A stretch of 64,000 nt of DNA from an uncultured Candidatus Rokubacteria bacterium (GCA_963826115.1 CAWGVS010000006.1:64001-128000), one strand, 5' to 3'; positions 1 to 10,592 are shown, numbered from the stretch's first letter. Notes: generated by a model not told the origin, from the sequence alone. Program-made: numbers and translations.

Positions 1-2
1 GC

Positions 3-137
3 GCCCTGGCGAACGTCGCGGTCAGCGGGCTCCTGTTCTCCCGCGGCTGGCCCCGCGGGGCAGCCGTGGTCGCCGGGGCGCTGGTCGGAGCGGGCTGGAA
101 CTACACCATGAGCCGCCTCGCCACGTGGAAGCAGTGA
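3..137 (+). CDS. Partial CDS, C-terminus of a GtrA-like membrane domain (probably glycosyltransferase-associated)
   Basis: Open frame from the window edge reads ALANVAVSGLLFSRGWPRGAAVVAGALVGAGWNYTMSRLATWKQ*; the WNY...W ending is typical of GtrA; stop overlaps the next GTG. Confidence 0.55.
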   Translation, partial: ALANVAVSGLLFSRGWPRGAAVVAGALVGAGWNYTMSRLATWKQ

Positions 138-1699
138 CGCGGGCCCGGGCGCCCGTCGGCCTGGCGGACGCCGCGGTCCTCGGCGCGGTGGCCCTGGCCG
201 GTCTCGCCAACCTGCCGATTCCCTTCGACAATGATCAAAGCTTCTTCGCCACGGGGGCGCGACGCCTTCTCGAGGGCGGGGTGCTGTACCGGGACTTCTG
301 GGACATCAAGCAGCCCGGAATCTTCTGGTTCTACGTGGTCGCCGCCCGGGCGGTTGGGCTCCGCGAGATCGCGATCCATGCGGTCGAGCTCGGCTACATG
401 CTGGCCCTCGCCACCACGCTGCTCGTCGCGCTGCGCCGCCTGACCGGCTCGGCCCGGATCGCCCGGCTGGCCCCCGTCCTGACCGTCGGCGCGTACTACG
501 CGGGCGTCGGGGCCAACCATCTGACCCAGGTCGAGGGGCTGGTCGGATTCCCGCTCTTTCTCAGCCTCTGGTGGGCCGTGCGCGCCGCCGACGCGGGGGA
601 GGAGGCACCGGGGCGCCTGTTCCTCTCAGGCGTCGCCGGTGGCGCGACGCTCCTGTTCAAGCTCGTCTTTCTCCCGATTCCCCTGGCCATCTGGCTGGTC
701 GCGCTCTGGGACACGGAGTTACCGGGCCGGGGTCGGGCCATGGCCCGTCTGGCGCGTCGCGGCGCGGTCGTCGGTCTCGGGGCCGCGGTGCCGCTGCTGG
801 CGGGTGTCGGCGTGCTCTACCTGCAAGGCGCGCTGGGGGCCGCCGTCTGGACGTTCTTCATCTACACGGCCCAGCAAGCTCGCGCGACCTCGGGGATCGG
901 GGTGCCCGACTCCCTGGTGGCCGGGCTCATGTGGTTCGGCGAGCGGTTCGCGCCGCTCATCGCGTTCGCGCTGGTCGGCGCCCACGCCACTCTCGGCCAG
1001 GGGGGGCGCCCGGGCCGCCGGGCAACGATCGACTTCACGCGCGGGCTCGTAGTCTGGATCGTCGTGGGAGCGGGCGTCATCGCCCTCCAGCGCAAGTGGT
1101 TTCCCTATCACCACCTGTTGCTGCTCGTCCCGCTGGGCATCCTGGCCGCGATCGGCGTGGACGCGGTCTGGCGGCGCGCCACCGCACGGATGGAGGACCC
1201 GGCGCCGCGCTGGCTGGCCGGCGGCGCTCTGGCCTTGCTCTTTCTCGGCCTGATCGGCGCGCTCGCCTACAAGGTGGTCCTCGTGCCCAACGGCCTCGGC
1301 TGGCGAGGCGCGGAGCGACAGGTCCACTACATGGGCCGGTTCAACGCGGAGTATCCCGTCGTGATGGCGGAGACCGCATTCCTTCGCGATCCCGCGAGCC
1401 AACCCGGGGCCATCTACATCGTCGGCAATCCCCTGGGTTACTACCTTGGGGGCCGGACGCAAGCGGCGGCGTTTGCCGGGTCCTGGGCCCAGGACTACGA
1501 TCGAGACATGTGGGCCCGCGTCGTCGACGACCTGACCCGGATCCGGCCTCCGTACATCCTCCTCGTCGACCAGTCGCGCCCCATCCTCGACGCGCGGGGA
1601 CAGGACGTCCTGCGGCTGCTTTCCGAGCGGTATCGGATCCTTCGTCGTGGCCCGGGCGAGACGTGGTACGAGCGCGCGCCGGGCGACGGGGGAGGGTAG
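134..1699 (+). CDS. Multi-pass GT-C type glycosyltransferase (ArnT/PMT-like)
   Basis: Many TM segments; DNDQ and YRDFWDIKQPG motifs in the first loop; start GTG 134 (GTGA overlap) or 125. Confidence 0.65.
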   Translation: MTRARAPVGLADAAVLGAVALAGLANLPIPFDNDQSFFATGARRLLEGGVLYRDFWDIKQPGIFWFYVVAARAVGLREIAIHAVELGYMLALATTLLVALRRLTGSARIARLAPVLTVGAYYAGVGANHLTQVEGLVGFPLFLSLWWAVRAADAGEEAPGRLFLSGVAGGATLLFKLVFLPIPLAIWLVALWDTELPGRGRAMARLARRGAVVGLGAAVPLLAGVGVLYLQGALGAAVWTFFIYTAQQARATSGIGVPDSLVAGLMWFGERFAPLIAFALVGAHATLGQGGRPGRRATIDFTRGLVVWIVVGAGVIALQRKWFPYHHLLLLVPLGILAAIGVDAVWRRATARMEDPAPRWLAGGALALLFLGLIGALAYKVVLVPNGLGWRGAERQVHYMGRFNAEYPVVMAETAFLRDPASQPGAIYIVGNPLGYYLGGRTQAAAFAGSWAQDYDRDMWARVVDDLTRIRPPYILLVDQSRPILDARGQDVLRLLSERYRILRRGPGETWYERAPGDGGG

Positions 1700-1759
1700 C
1701 GTGGTCGGCCGCCCGTCCTCGAGGCGACCGGGCTCCCGGTCGCGGCCCGGAAGGCGGGC

Positions 1760-2545
1760 TTACTCGACGCCGGCCATCTCCACGCGCCAGACCGGCCCGT
1801 TCAGGAACATCGCGCCCTCGAACCGGACGAACGCCGGCAGATCGCCGAGCGCGATCCAGTAGCGAAGGTCGGGGGGACTCTTTCCGATCATCGAGGCGAC
1901 CACACCGGTGAGCCCCCCGATCTCCAGGTTCACGAGGAAGCGGGCGGCCTGCCGCGGGTTGCCGGCGAACACCACGCGGTCCTCGCCTTCCTGGCCGAGC
2001 TCCATCTTGAGGAGGCGCGGCTTCGGAAGGAACGCCACCATCTGGGCCGTCGTCCGCTCCCCGGCCGGAAGGTTCTTCAGGAGAAGGAGCGTCATGCCGT
2101 TCGCGAGATCGGCCGGCATGTCGAACTCCCCGCTCGACGTCTCCTCGGCGCCGCCGATCTTGTCGCGGGTCTTCGCCTGGTAGCGCCCGGTCTTCCGGTC
2201 GAATGACACCTCCGAGCCGGGGAACGACGGGCCGCGCTGCGTGAGGCGATAGGCCTCCAGCCGGAAGACCCCCCGCTGGGAGTACGTCGTGGTCTCGTCG
2301 TGCACCGAGCCGTCCTTGAACTGGAGGAGGAGGCGGCTGTCGACCTCGTCCCCGCGCGGTCGCTGCGTCAGCTCGCCGTGCCCGATGCGTTCTCCCTGGG
2401 GCGTGCGCACGGCCAGGAATCCTCGCGTCACTCCCTCGGTGAAGCGCACCTTCACCGGCGCGGCGTCGCTCGCCGTCGCGCAGAGCAGCGAGACCACGAC
2501 CAGCAGGGCGGAGAGACTCCAGCGTCCCGACATCGTCACGTCCAT
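1760..2545 (-). CDS. Exported hypothetical protein
   Basis: Signal-peptide-like N-terminus ending in ASDA; normal globular composition. Confidence 0.6.
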   Translation of the reverse strand: MDVTMSGRWSLSALLVVVSLLCATASDAAPVKVRFTEGVTRGFLAVRTPQGERIGHGELTQRPRGDEVDSRLLLQFKDGSVHDETTTYSQRGVFRLEAYRLTQRGPSFPGSEVSFDRKTGRYQAKTRDKIGGAEETSSGEFDMPADLANGMTLLLLKNLPAGERTTAQMVAFLPKPRLLKMELGQEGEDRVVFAGNPRQAARFLVNLEIGGLTGVVASMIGKSPPDLRYWIALGDLPAFVRFEGAMFLNGPVWRVEMAGVE

Positions 2546-2773
2546 CGTGCGGGAGAACGGAGGTCTTGTCGAGGGGTTGCGAGGGTGCCGCGCTCGCGCG
2601 GGACGACCGCCTCGTGACCCCGCGTCGGGGGCAGGAGACTCGAGTCCCGGCCAAGCGGGCTCGCCGGGCGCCGACCCGGGACCGCTTGATTCACCTGCCG
2701 ACTTCCCCGATCATCGCGGGGGGCGCGCAGCGTATCCCGCTTCACCCACGGACCCAGAGCGAACGGAGGCCCG

Positions 2774-3946
2774 ATGGAGACCGCGGATGTCGTCGTCATC
2801 GGCGGCGGCGTCATGGGGACCAGCATCGCCTTCCACCTGGCGCGTCGCCGCGCGGGCCGGATCGTGCTCATCGAGAAGGGGACGGTGTGCTCCGGCACGT
2901 CGGCAAAGTCCTCGGCCATCGTTCGCACCCACTACACGACGCGACCGACCGCGCAGATGGCCCTCCTGGCGCGCGGCGTCTTCGAACGCTGGGCCGACGA
3001 GATCGGCGGCGAGTGCGGCTTCGTGCGCACGGGCATGCTGTTCATCGGCCCGCCCGAGAGCCGCGAGCGCGTGGAGCGCACCCTCCGGATGAACCAGGAG
3101 GTGGGGATCGAGGCGAGCCTGATCGGGCCCGACGACGTGCGCCAGATCAGCCCGCACCTTCGCGTGCCCGAGGGATCGGCCGTGGTCTACGAGCCGCGCT
3201 CGGGCTACGGGAGCCCCCACGAGGTGGCGTCGAGCTTCGCCCGCCGCTTCACGGAGCTGGGGGGCGACCTCCGCCAGTCCACGCGGGTCACGGCCATCGA
3301 CACGCACGGGGGCCGGGTCCGCGGCGTGACCACGCCGAAGGGCGAGATCGCGGCCGCCCACGTGGTGATCGCGGCCGGGCCCTGGGCGGGGCCGGTCGGG
3401 CGGCTGGCAGGGCTCGACCTGCCCGTCACGCCGAGCCGCGAGTCGATCATCACGCTCCGGCCGACGTTCGACTGGAGCCCGACGCATCCGGTCACCGGCG
3501 ACCTCCTCAACGAGGTCTATCTCCGGCCCGAGACCGGCGGGCTCATCCTGGTGGGCAACACCAACGACACGATCCACCGGGGCGATCCCGACAGCTACGA
3601 GGACCGCCCCAGCGCCGAGCACACGACCGAGGTCCTCACCCGGCTGGCGCGCCTCATGCCGGGGGCCGCCACCGCGGCCATCACCGGCGGCTGGTCGGGC
3701 ATGTACGAGGTGAGCCCCGACTGGAACCCGATCATGGGCACCGCGCCCGAGGTGGCCGGGCTCCACTACGCCGTCGGCTTCTCGGGCCACGGCTTCAAGC
3801 TGTCCCCCATCGTGGGCAAGCTGATGGCGGAGCAGGTCCTCGACGGCCGCGCCCGGACCATCGACATCGCGCCGTACCGGCTCGAGCGGTTCCGCGAGGG
3901 CCAGGAGCTGCGCGTCGCGTACCAGGGCGCCGGCGTCATGGGGTAG
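2774..3946 (+). CDS. FAD-dependent oxidoreductase, DAO/sarcosine oxidase beta family
   Basis: VVVIGGGVMG FAD motif, GFSGHGFKLSP C-terminal motif, GGAGG RBS. Confidence 0.9.
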   Translation: METADVVVIGGGVMGTSIAFHLARRRAGRIVLIEKGTVCSGTSAKSSAIVRTHYTTRPTAQMALLARGVFERWADEIGGECGFVRTGMLFIGPPESRERVERTLRMNQEVGIEASLIGPDDVRQISPHLRVPEGSAVVYEPRSGYGSPHEVASSFARRFTELGGDLRQSTRVTAIDTHGGRVRGVTTPKGEIAAAHVVIAAGPWAGPVGRLAGLDLPVTPSRESIITLRPTFDWSPTHPVTGDLLNEVYLRPETGGLILVGNTNDTIHRGDPDSYEDRPSAEHTTEVLTRLARLMPGAATAAITGGWSGMYEVSPDWNPIMGTAPEVAGLHYAVGFSGHGFKLSPIVGKLMAEQVLDGRARTIDIAPYRLERFREGQELRVAYQGAGVMG

Positions 3947-4000
3947 ACGGCCCCTTCCGGGGCGACCTTCCTTCGCGCGGAAAGGACGGGCGACGGCGAC

Positions 4001-4951
4001 ATGGACAAGACGTGGGTGCTGATCGAGCTGCTGCCGCAGCAGCTGATCAACGGACTGACGATCGGGTCGGTCTATGCCCTCATCGCCCTCGGCTACACGA
4101 TGGTCTACGGCGTCCTCCAGCTCATCAACTTCGCCCACGGCGACCTCTTCATGCTGGGGGCGATGGTCGCGGTGTTCGTGCTCGCCGGGATGGGGGTCAC
4201 CGAGGGGCTCTCGCTCGGTCTCGCGATCCCCCTGCTCGTGGCGGTCTTCCTCGTCTCGATGGCGGTCATCGCTGCCCTCGGCGTCACGATCGAACGGGTG
4301 GCCTATCGCCCGCTCCGGCACGCCTCGCGGCTCGCCCCGCTCATCAGCGCCCTGGGCGTATCGGTGTTCCTCGAGAACGCCACGATGAACGTCGTGGGCC
4401 CCGGTCCCCGGTTTTTTCCGGATTTCCTCCCGACGGCCGAGATCCACTTCCTCGGGGTCACGATCCAGGACAAGCAGATCCTCATCCTGGTCGTCGCCAC
4501 CGCGCTCATGGTGTGGCTCCACTACCTGGTCAACCACACGACGTTCGGGCTCACGGTGCGGGCGACCGCCGAGGACAAGGACGCCGCGAGCCTCATGGGC
4601 ATCGAGATCGATCGCGTCATCGCGCTGGTGTTCGTCCTCGGCCCGGCCCTGGGTGCCGCCGCCGGCGTCCTCTTCGCGATGTTCTACGGGGTCGTGCTGT
4701 GGAACGTCGGCTTCCTGGCCGGGATCAAGGCGTTCACCGCCGCCGTCCTCGGCGGGATCGGCAACATCCCGGGCGCCATGCTGGGCGGGCTCCTGCTCGG
4801 GCTGATCGAGACCTTCGGCGCGGGCTACCTCCCCATCCTGACGCACGACGTGATCGGCCCGGAGTACAAGGACATCTTCGCGTTCGTCATCCTGATCCTG
4901 GTCCTCATCTTCCGGCCGATGGGCATCCTGGGCGAGCGGGTCGCGCGATGA
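4001..4951 (+). CDS. livH: Branched-chain amino acid ABC permease
   Basis: YALIALGYTMVYGVLQLINFAHG and KAFTAAVLGGIGNIPGA motifs. Confidence 0.92.
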   Translation: MDKTWVLIELLPQQLINGLTIGSVYALIALGYTMVYGVLQLINFAHGDLFMLGAMVAVFVLAGMGVTEGLSLGLAIPLLVAVFLVSMAVIAALGVTIERVAYRPLRHASRLAPLISALGVSVFLENATMNVVGPGPRFFPDFLPTAEIHFLGVTIQDKQILILVVATALMVWLHYLVNHTTFGLTVRATAEDKDAASLMGIEIDRVIALVFVLGPALGAAAGVLFAMFYGVVLWNVGFLAGIKAFTAAVLGGIGNIPGAMLGGLLLGLIETFGAGYLPILTHDVIGPEYKDIFAFVILILVLIFRPMGILGERVAR

Positions 4952-4973
4952 GGGAGCGCGCGGAGCGGACGGC

Positions 4974-6953
4974 GTGAGCACCTTCAACCAGGCGGTCAGC
5001 GTCCCTCTGCAGGCGGTCGCGCGGTGGAGCCGGGCCCGGAAGATCGTCCTGCTGCTCGCGCTGGCGACCCTGCCGCTCTTCCTCGGGCACGTCATGGCCG
5101 CCATCGGCACCGTCCTGCCGCTGTCCTTCTTCCGGGCCGGAGATCGCTACCTGTTCCGCGTCCTCGACCAGGCCGGCATCTACGTGCTGCTCACCCTGGG
5201 CCTCAACATCGTGGTGGGTTACGCGGGGCTGCTCGACCTGGGATACGTCGCCTTCTACGCCATCGGCGCGTACTCGTATGCGCTCGTGGCCTCGCCGCAG
5301 CTCGGGCTCCACGTGCCGTTCTGGTTGATCTTGCCGGTGGCGCCCTTGCTCGCGGCCCTGTTCGGGGTCCTCCTCGGCGCGCCGACCTTGAGGCTGCGCG
5401 GGGACTACCTCGCGATCGTGACGCTCGGGTTCGGCGAGGTGATTCGCATTCTCCTCAACAACCTCGACCCCATCACGAACGGGCCCCGCGGGCTCATCAA
5501 CATCGACCCGGCGACGCTGGACGTGACCCACCTCGACCCCCGCTCCGTCGCCACGGCGAAGCTCCTGCTGTACCCGCCGTTACCCGACATGCTGCACTGG
5601 CTGCCGCTGACCCTGACGTCGCCGATCCAGTACTACTACCTGATCCTGATCCTGTGCGCGGGCGCCGTCTTCTTCTCGTACCGGCTGGAGGGTTCGCGGA
5701 TCGGGCGCGCGTGGGCGGCCATCCGCGAGGACGAGGACGCCGCCCAGACCATGGGCATCAACAAGACGACGACGAAGCTTCTGGCGTTCGCGATGGGCGC
5801 GAGCACCGCCGGGTTCTCCGGCGTGATCTTCTCGGGCCTCCAGGGGTTCGTGAGCCCGGAGAGCTTCATCCTGCTCGAGTCGATCACGATCCTGTCGATG
5901 GTGGTGCTGGGCGGCATGGGCAGCATTCCGGGCGTCGTGCTGGGCGCGATCATCCTCGTCGTGGTCCCGGAAGTGCTCCGGGAGTACGCGCAGTACCGGT
6001 TCACGATCTTCGGCCTCGGTCTGACCCTCATGATGCTCGTCCGGCCGGAGGGCCTGTGGCCGGTCCGGGTGCGCCCGTCGACCGCGCCGGACGTCGCGGA
6101 GCCCGAGCCGGCCGCGGCGGCGAGTCGGGAGGCGCCGCCGCGGGTGGAGATCCTGTCCGGCGCGATCTCCGAGACGGGGATGGCCGCGCGCGAGGGGTTC
6201 CTGGCCGTGGACGGCGTGAGCAAGAGCTTCGGCGGGCTGCGAGCGGTGAACAACGTGTCGTTCTCCGTCACACGGGGGCAGCTGGTCGCGGTCATCGGCC
6301 CGAACGGGGCCGGGAAGACGACGCTGTTCAACCTGATCACCGGGGTGTTCCCGGTCACGTCGGGCGTCATCCGCTTCGCCGGACAGCCCATCCAGGGGCT
6401 GCCCCCGCACGAGGTCACCGCCCTCGGCGTCGCCCGCACCTACCAGAACATCCGCCTGTTCCGGGGCATGTCGGTCCTCGACAACGTGATGGTCGGAACG
6501 CACTGTCGCACCGGCGCCGGCGTGCTCGACGCCATGGTTCACTCGAAGCGGGCCGGTCGGGAGGAGCGCGAGAGCCGGGCACGAGCCCGGGCGCTGCTCG
6601 ACTTCTTCGGGATCCGGAAGTACGAGGACCAGCTCGCGATGAACCTGCCCTACGGGGATCAGCGGCGGCTCGAGATCGCCCGGGCGCTCGCCACCAGGCC
6701 GGCGCTCCTGCTCCTCGACGAGCCGGCGGCGGGCATGAACCCCGCCGAGACGCTGGAGCTGATCGCGCTGATCCGCCGCATCCGCGAGCTGGGGATCACC
6801 GTCGTGCTCGTCGAGCACGACATGAAGGTGGTCATGCAGGTCTCGGAGAACATCGTCGTCCTCGACCATGGCGAGAGGATCGCCGAAGGCCCGCCGGCCC
6901 AGATCCAGCGCGATGCGCGGGTGATCGAGGCCTACCTCGGGAAGGCGAGTTGA
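4974..6953 (+). CDS. Fused LivM permease and LivG ATPase
   Basis: LRLRGDYLAIVTLGFGE permease motif, then GPNGAGKT, LLLLDEPAAG and VEHDM in a single frame. Confidence 0.9.
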   Translation: MSTFNQAVSVPLQAVARWSRARKIVLLLALATLPLFLGHVMAAIGTVLPLSFFRAGDRYLFRVLDQAGIYVLLTLGLNIVVGYAGLLDLGYVAFYAIGAYSYALVASPQLGLHVPFWLILPVAPLLAALFGVLLGAPTLRLRGDYLAIVTLGFGEVIRILLNNLDPITNGPRGLINIDPATLDVTHLDPRSVATAKLLLYPPLPDMLHWLPLTLTSPIQYYYLILILCAGAVFFSYRLEGSRIGRAWAAIREDEDAAQTMGINKTTTKLLAFAMGASTAGFSGVIFSGLQGFVSPESFILLESITILSMVVLGGMGSIPGVVLGAIILVVVPEVLREYAQYRFTIFGLGLTLMMLVRPEGLWPVRVRPSTAPDVAEPEPAAAASREAPPRVEILSGAISETGMAAREGFLAVDGVSKSFGGLRAVNNVSFSVTRGQLVAVIGPNGAGKTTLFNLITGVFPVTSGVIRFAGQPIQGLPPHEVTALGVARTYQNIRLFRGMSVLDNVMVGTHCRTGAGVLDAMVHSKRAGREERESRARARALLDFFGIRKYEDQLAMNLPYGDQRRLEIARALATRPALLLLDEPAAGMNPAETLELIALIRRIRELGITVVLVEHDMKVVMQVSENIVVLDHGERIAEGPPAQIQRDARVIEAYLGKAS

Positions 6954-7702
6954 CGCCGCCGTCGACGGGCGGGAGCGCAGGGGGCGGCGGCCCCATCCTG
7001 GAGGCCCAGGACCTCGTCGCGGGCTACGGCCAGATCCGCGCGCTGAAGGGCATCTCGTTCCGGGTGGGCGAGGGCCAGGTCGTCGCTCTCATCGGGGCGA
7101 ACGGGGCGGGGAAGTCGACGACGCTCCGGGTGCTCTCCGGGCTCATCCGGGCCCAGGCGGGTCAGGTGCGTCTCAGAGGCGAGGATCTCGGCCGGGCCAC
7201 GCCGGCGGAGATCGTTCGGCGCGGGGTTGTCCACTGCCCGGAGGGGCGCCGCATCTTCACGCGGCTGTCCGTACTGGAGAACCTGCGCCTCGGGCACTAC
7301 ACGCGGCGCAAGACCGCCGACGAGGCCGCGGCGCTCGAGCGGGTGTTCACCCTCTTTCCGATCCTGCGAGAGCGGCAGAGCCAGTTCGGCGGGACGCTGT
7401 CGGGTGGTGAGCAGCAGATGCTGGCCATCGGGCGGGCCCTCATGACGGAGCCGAAGGTCCTGCTTCTCGATGAGCCCTCGCTCGGGCTGGCGCCGCTCCT
7501 GGTCCAGCAGATCTTCCGGACGATCCAGGAGATCAATCGCCAGGGGACCGTGGTGCTGCTGGTGGAGCAGAACGCGAACCTCGCCCTCCGGATGGCGGAT
7601 CGGGCCTACGTGCTAGAGGCCGGCCGGATCGTGCTCGAGGGCAGCGGCGCGGAGCTCCTCGCCAACGACGCCGTGCGGAGAGCCTATCTCGGCGAGGACT
7701 AG
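6950..7702 (+). CDS. livF: Branched-chain amino acid ABC ATPase
   Basis: GANGAGKS, LSGGEQQML, LLLDEPSLGLAP; TTG start overlapping the upstream TGA. Confidence 0.9.
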   Translation: MTPPSTGGSAGGGGPILEAQDLVAGYGQIRALKGISFRVGEGQVVALIGANGAGKSTTLRVLSGLIRAQAGQVRLRGEDLGRATPAEIVRRGVVHCPEGRRIFTRLSVLENLRLGHYTRRKTADEAAALERVFTLFPILRERQSQFGGTLSGGEQQMLAIGRALMTEPKVLLLDEPSLGLAPLLVQQIFRTIQEINRQGTVVLLVEQNANLALRMADRAYVLEAGRIVLEGSGAELLANDAVRRAYLGED

Positions 7703-7833
7703 CGGCCGCCGCCCGATGCGAGTCCCGGAACGCCGTCGGCCCGCCGGAATGCTCGCGCAGGAGCACCCGGCGGGCCGAGTCGTGTCACTCGAGGGACGCG
7801 GTCAGCCGCGCGGGCGGCCGGCCGGGCGCCCGA

Positions 7834-9018
7834 TCACTCCTTCCACTGCTCGACGAGCTTGATTTCGCCCTTCTCCACCGTATAGATGTAGAGCGGGCCG
7901 TTGATGACGTCGCCGTTGTCGTCGAACTTGTACTCGGGGATCAACAGGCCCGGCACCGCCGACTTGTGCATGACGTCGATGATCTTGTTCTTGTCGGTGC
8001 TGCCGGCCTTCACGATCGCGTTGGCGACGATGTTGGCGAAGTCGTAGCCGTAGCTGTCGTAGTTGGCCGGGTCCTTGCCGTACTTCTTCTTGAACTTCTC
8101 GGAGAACTCCTTCACCTTCGGCGGGGCCTGTGGCCCGGTGTGAGGCGGCGCCTGGAAGGTGAAGTACACGGCCTCCGCATCCGACTTCTTGTCGACCGCG
8201 GCCCCAGCAGTCTTCACCATGCCGGCGTCGAAGTATCCGTCGCAGCCGACGATCGGCTTCTTGTATCCGAGCTGACGAGCCTGCTTGATCATCAGACCGA
8301 TGGAGGTGGGGAAGTTCGAGCAGTAGACGAGGGCGTCCGGATTCTCGGTCTTGACGATCTTGGTCAGCACCGCGGTGTAGTCGACGTCGTTGCGCTCGAC
8401 GCCGCCGGACGATGTAATCATGCCGCCGGCCTTCTCGATGGTGGCCTTGGCGACATCGGTTACGCCCTGGCCGAAGGCCTGCTTGTCGTTGAGGAGCGCG
8501 AACTTCTTCGCCTTGAACTTCCGCATGGCATACGCCACGCCGGCCTTGCCCTGGATGTTGTCGTTGGCGATCGGCCGGAACAGGTTCTTGAAGCCCTGCT
8601 GGGTGATCGTCGGGTTGGAGGACAGCGTCACCATCGGCAGGTTGACCTTGTTGATGATCGGCGCGCCGGCGATCGTCGTGCCCGAGCACACGTGCCCGAT
8701 GAACACGACGTTCTTGGCGTCGTCGGCGATCTTCGTGGCGACGGTGCCCGCCTGCTTCGGATCGCAGGCATCGTCCTCCGTGACGACCACGAACTTCCGG
8801 CCGCCGAGGACCCCGCCCTTGGCGTTCCACTCCTCGAAGGCGAGCTGGATGCCCTTGAGGTATCCTTGCCCGAACTGGGCGGCATCGCCCGTCAGGGGGC
8901 CCGCCCACGCGATCTGGATCGGGGCGGGCGCCTGCGCCGGAGCGGTCAGCGCCACGCCCAGCACGACGACGAGAGCCGCGAGACACCAGAAGACTCGCGA
9001 AGTGAGACACGCGCGCAT
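7834..9018 (-). CDS. Branched-chain amino acid ABC substrate-binding protein (LivK/LivJ family)
   Basis: Signal peptide; GPLTGDAAQFG, EDDACDPKQA and GHVCSG motifs; AAGGGG RBS. Confidence 0.9.
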   Translation of the reverse strand: MRACLTSRVFWCLAALVVVLGVALTAPAQAPAPIQIAWAGPLTGDAAQFGQGYLKGIQLAFEEWNAKGGVLGGRKFVVVTEDDACDPKQAGTVATKIADDAKNVVFIGHVCSGTTIAGAPIINKVNLPMVTLSSNPTITQQGFKNLFRPIANDNIQGKAGVAYAMRKFKAKKFALLNDKQAFGQGVTDVAKATIEKAGGMITSSGGVERNDVDYTAVLTKIVKTENPDALVYCSNFPTSIGLMIKQARQLGYKKPIVGCDGYFDAGMVKTAGAAVDKKSDAEAVYFTFQAPPHTGPQAPPKVKEFSEKFKKKYGKDPANYDSYGYDFANIVANAIVKAGSTDKNKIIDVMHKSAVPGLLIPEYKFDDNGDVINGPLYIYTVEKGEIKLVEQWKE

Positions 9019-9151
9019 GATCAGATCCCCCTTGGTTATGGGTGCGATGCGCGAAGCCCTACGCCGTGGTAGGCGCGTCCCAGGAGCTTGGCCTGGGTGG
9101 CTGGTGAGCGGATAGGCCTCCCTGACATGCCGCATGGGCCAGGTTGGCGGA

Positions 9152-9181
9152 ATTCTACGGCGGGCTTCCCGGCAGGGTCAA
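9152..9181 (-). promoter_or_regulatory. Sigma70-like promoter for the LivK-family gene
   Basis: Minus strand TTGACC-N18-TAGAAT. Confidence 0.55.
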
Positions 9182-9236
9182 GCCGGGGGGCCGCCGGAGG
9201 CGTGACGGTCTTCACATGGACGATCGGAGGAGATCC

Positions 9237-10592
9237 GTGACCGAGGGACGCTACGAGGCCGTGGTCGTGGGCGGGGGCATCGCCGGGCTCACCGCGGGCT
9301 GGACCTTGCGGGACCGGAAGGTCCTCGTGCTCGAGGCGACTGGCCGGGTCGGCGGGCGGATGCGCTCGGAGCCCCGGGGCCCCTACTGGCTCAACCTGGG
9401 CGCCCACCTGTTCGGCGGTCCAGGCACGCTCATGGACCGACTCGTGACGGACACGGGCCTCGAGACGCGGCTCATCCCGGGGAACCGGATGGGGCTCGCG
9501 CTCCGGGGGCGAATCGTCGCCAGCGGCCGCCCGGAGACCTATCCGTTCCGCCTGCCGCTGTCCTGGGCCGCGCGGCTCTCCTTCATCCGCGCCGGCCTGC
9601 GCCTCCGGGCGGCGGCCCAGGAGCACGTGCGCGCCGCCCGGCTCCGCCCCGGGGAGACGCCCTCGGCCCGGCGGGCCCGCGTGCTCGCGCACCGGGACGA
9701 CCAGACCTTCGCCGACTACCTGGGTGAGATCCATCCGGACGTGGCGGCGATCTTCCGGGCGATCGCCGAGCGGGTGACCGGCGAGCCCGAGCAGATCTCG
9801 GCCGGCTGCGGCGCCGCGCTCTTCGCGATCGTATGGGGCGACGACAAGAGCGGCTCGGCCCGCAACCTGATCGGCGGGTCGGAGCTCCTGCCGCAGGCGC
9901 TCGCGCACCGGCTGGGCGACCGGGTCCGGACGGGCGCGACGGTCGAGGAGGTCTCCCTCCACGCCGACGGCGTGCGCGTCCGCTTCGTCCGGGACGGCGT
10001 CCCGGCCGAGATCTCGGCCGACTACGCGGTGGTGGCCACGCCCGCCTACGTCACCCGGCAAATCGTGCGGAACCTGCCGCCCGACACCGCGGAGGCCCTC
10101 GCCGCGATCCGGTACGGCCCGTTCATCTGCGGCGCCTTCCTGACCGAGGAAAGCGGGCCCATGCCGTGGGACCACATCTACGCGGTCGCCGTCGTGGACA
10201 AGTCGTTCAACATGCTCTTCAACCACGCGAACCCGCTCCGCGCCGAGGGCAAGCGCGAGCCGGGCGGCAGCCTCATGGTCTACGCGGGGGGCGATCGTGG
10301 GAGGCGGCTCCTCGCGCTCTCGAACGACGAGATCCGGGCGCTCTTCCTGAAGGACCTCCACGACGTCCTGCCGGAGACGCGGGGCATCATCCGGGAGGTC
10401 CTCATCCAGCGCTGGGAGCACGCGATCCCGTACGCGCCGCCGGGCCGCGCGCGGATCCAGGCCGCGCTCACCCGTCCGCTGGGCCGGATCTTCTTTGCCG
10501 GGGACTACCTCGAGTTTCCGGAGATGGAGGCGGCGGCGGCCACGGGGCTCGAGGCGGCCACCGAGGTGCGGCGGCGCCTCGGCGCGGTCTGA
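9237..10592 (+). CDS. Flavin amine oxidase / protoporphyrinogen-oxidase-like FAD oxidoreductase
   Basis: VVGGGIAGLTA, LEATGRVGGR and FFAGDY motifs; GGAGG RBS before GTG. Confidence 0.8.
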   Translation: MTEGRYEAVVVGGGIAGLTAGWTLRDRKVLVLEATGRVGGRMRSEPRGPYWLNLGAHLFGGPGTLMDRLVTDTGLETRLIPGNRMGLALRGRIVASGRPETYPFRLPLSWAARLSFIRAGLRLRAAAQEHVRAARLRPGETPSARRARVLAHRDDQTFADYLGEIHPDVAAIFRAIAERVTGEPEQISAGCGAALFAIVWGDDKSGSARNLIGGSELLPQALAHRLGDRVRTGATVEEVSLHADGVRVRFVRDGVPAEISADYAVVATPAYVTRQIVRNLPPDTAEALAAIRYGPFICGAFLTEESGPMPWDHIYAVAVVDKSFNMLFNHANPLRAEGKREPGGSLMVYAGGDRGRRLLALSNDEIRALFLKDLHDVLPETRGIIREVLIQRWEHAIPYAPPGRARIQAALTRPLGRIFFAGDYLEFPEMEAAAATGLEAATEVRRRLGAV

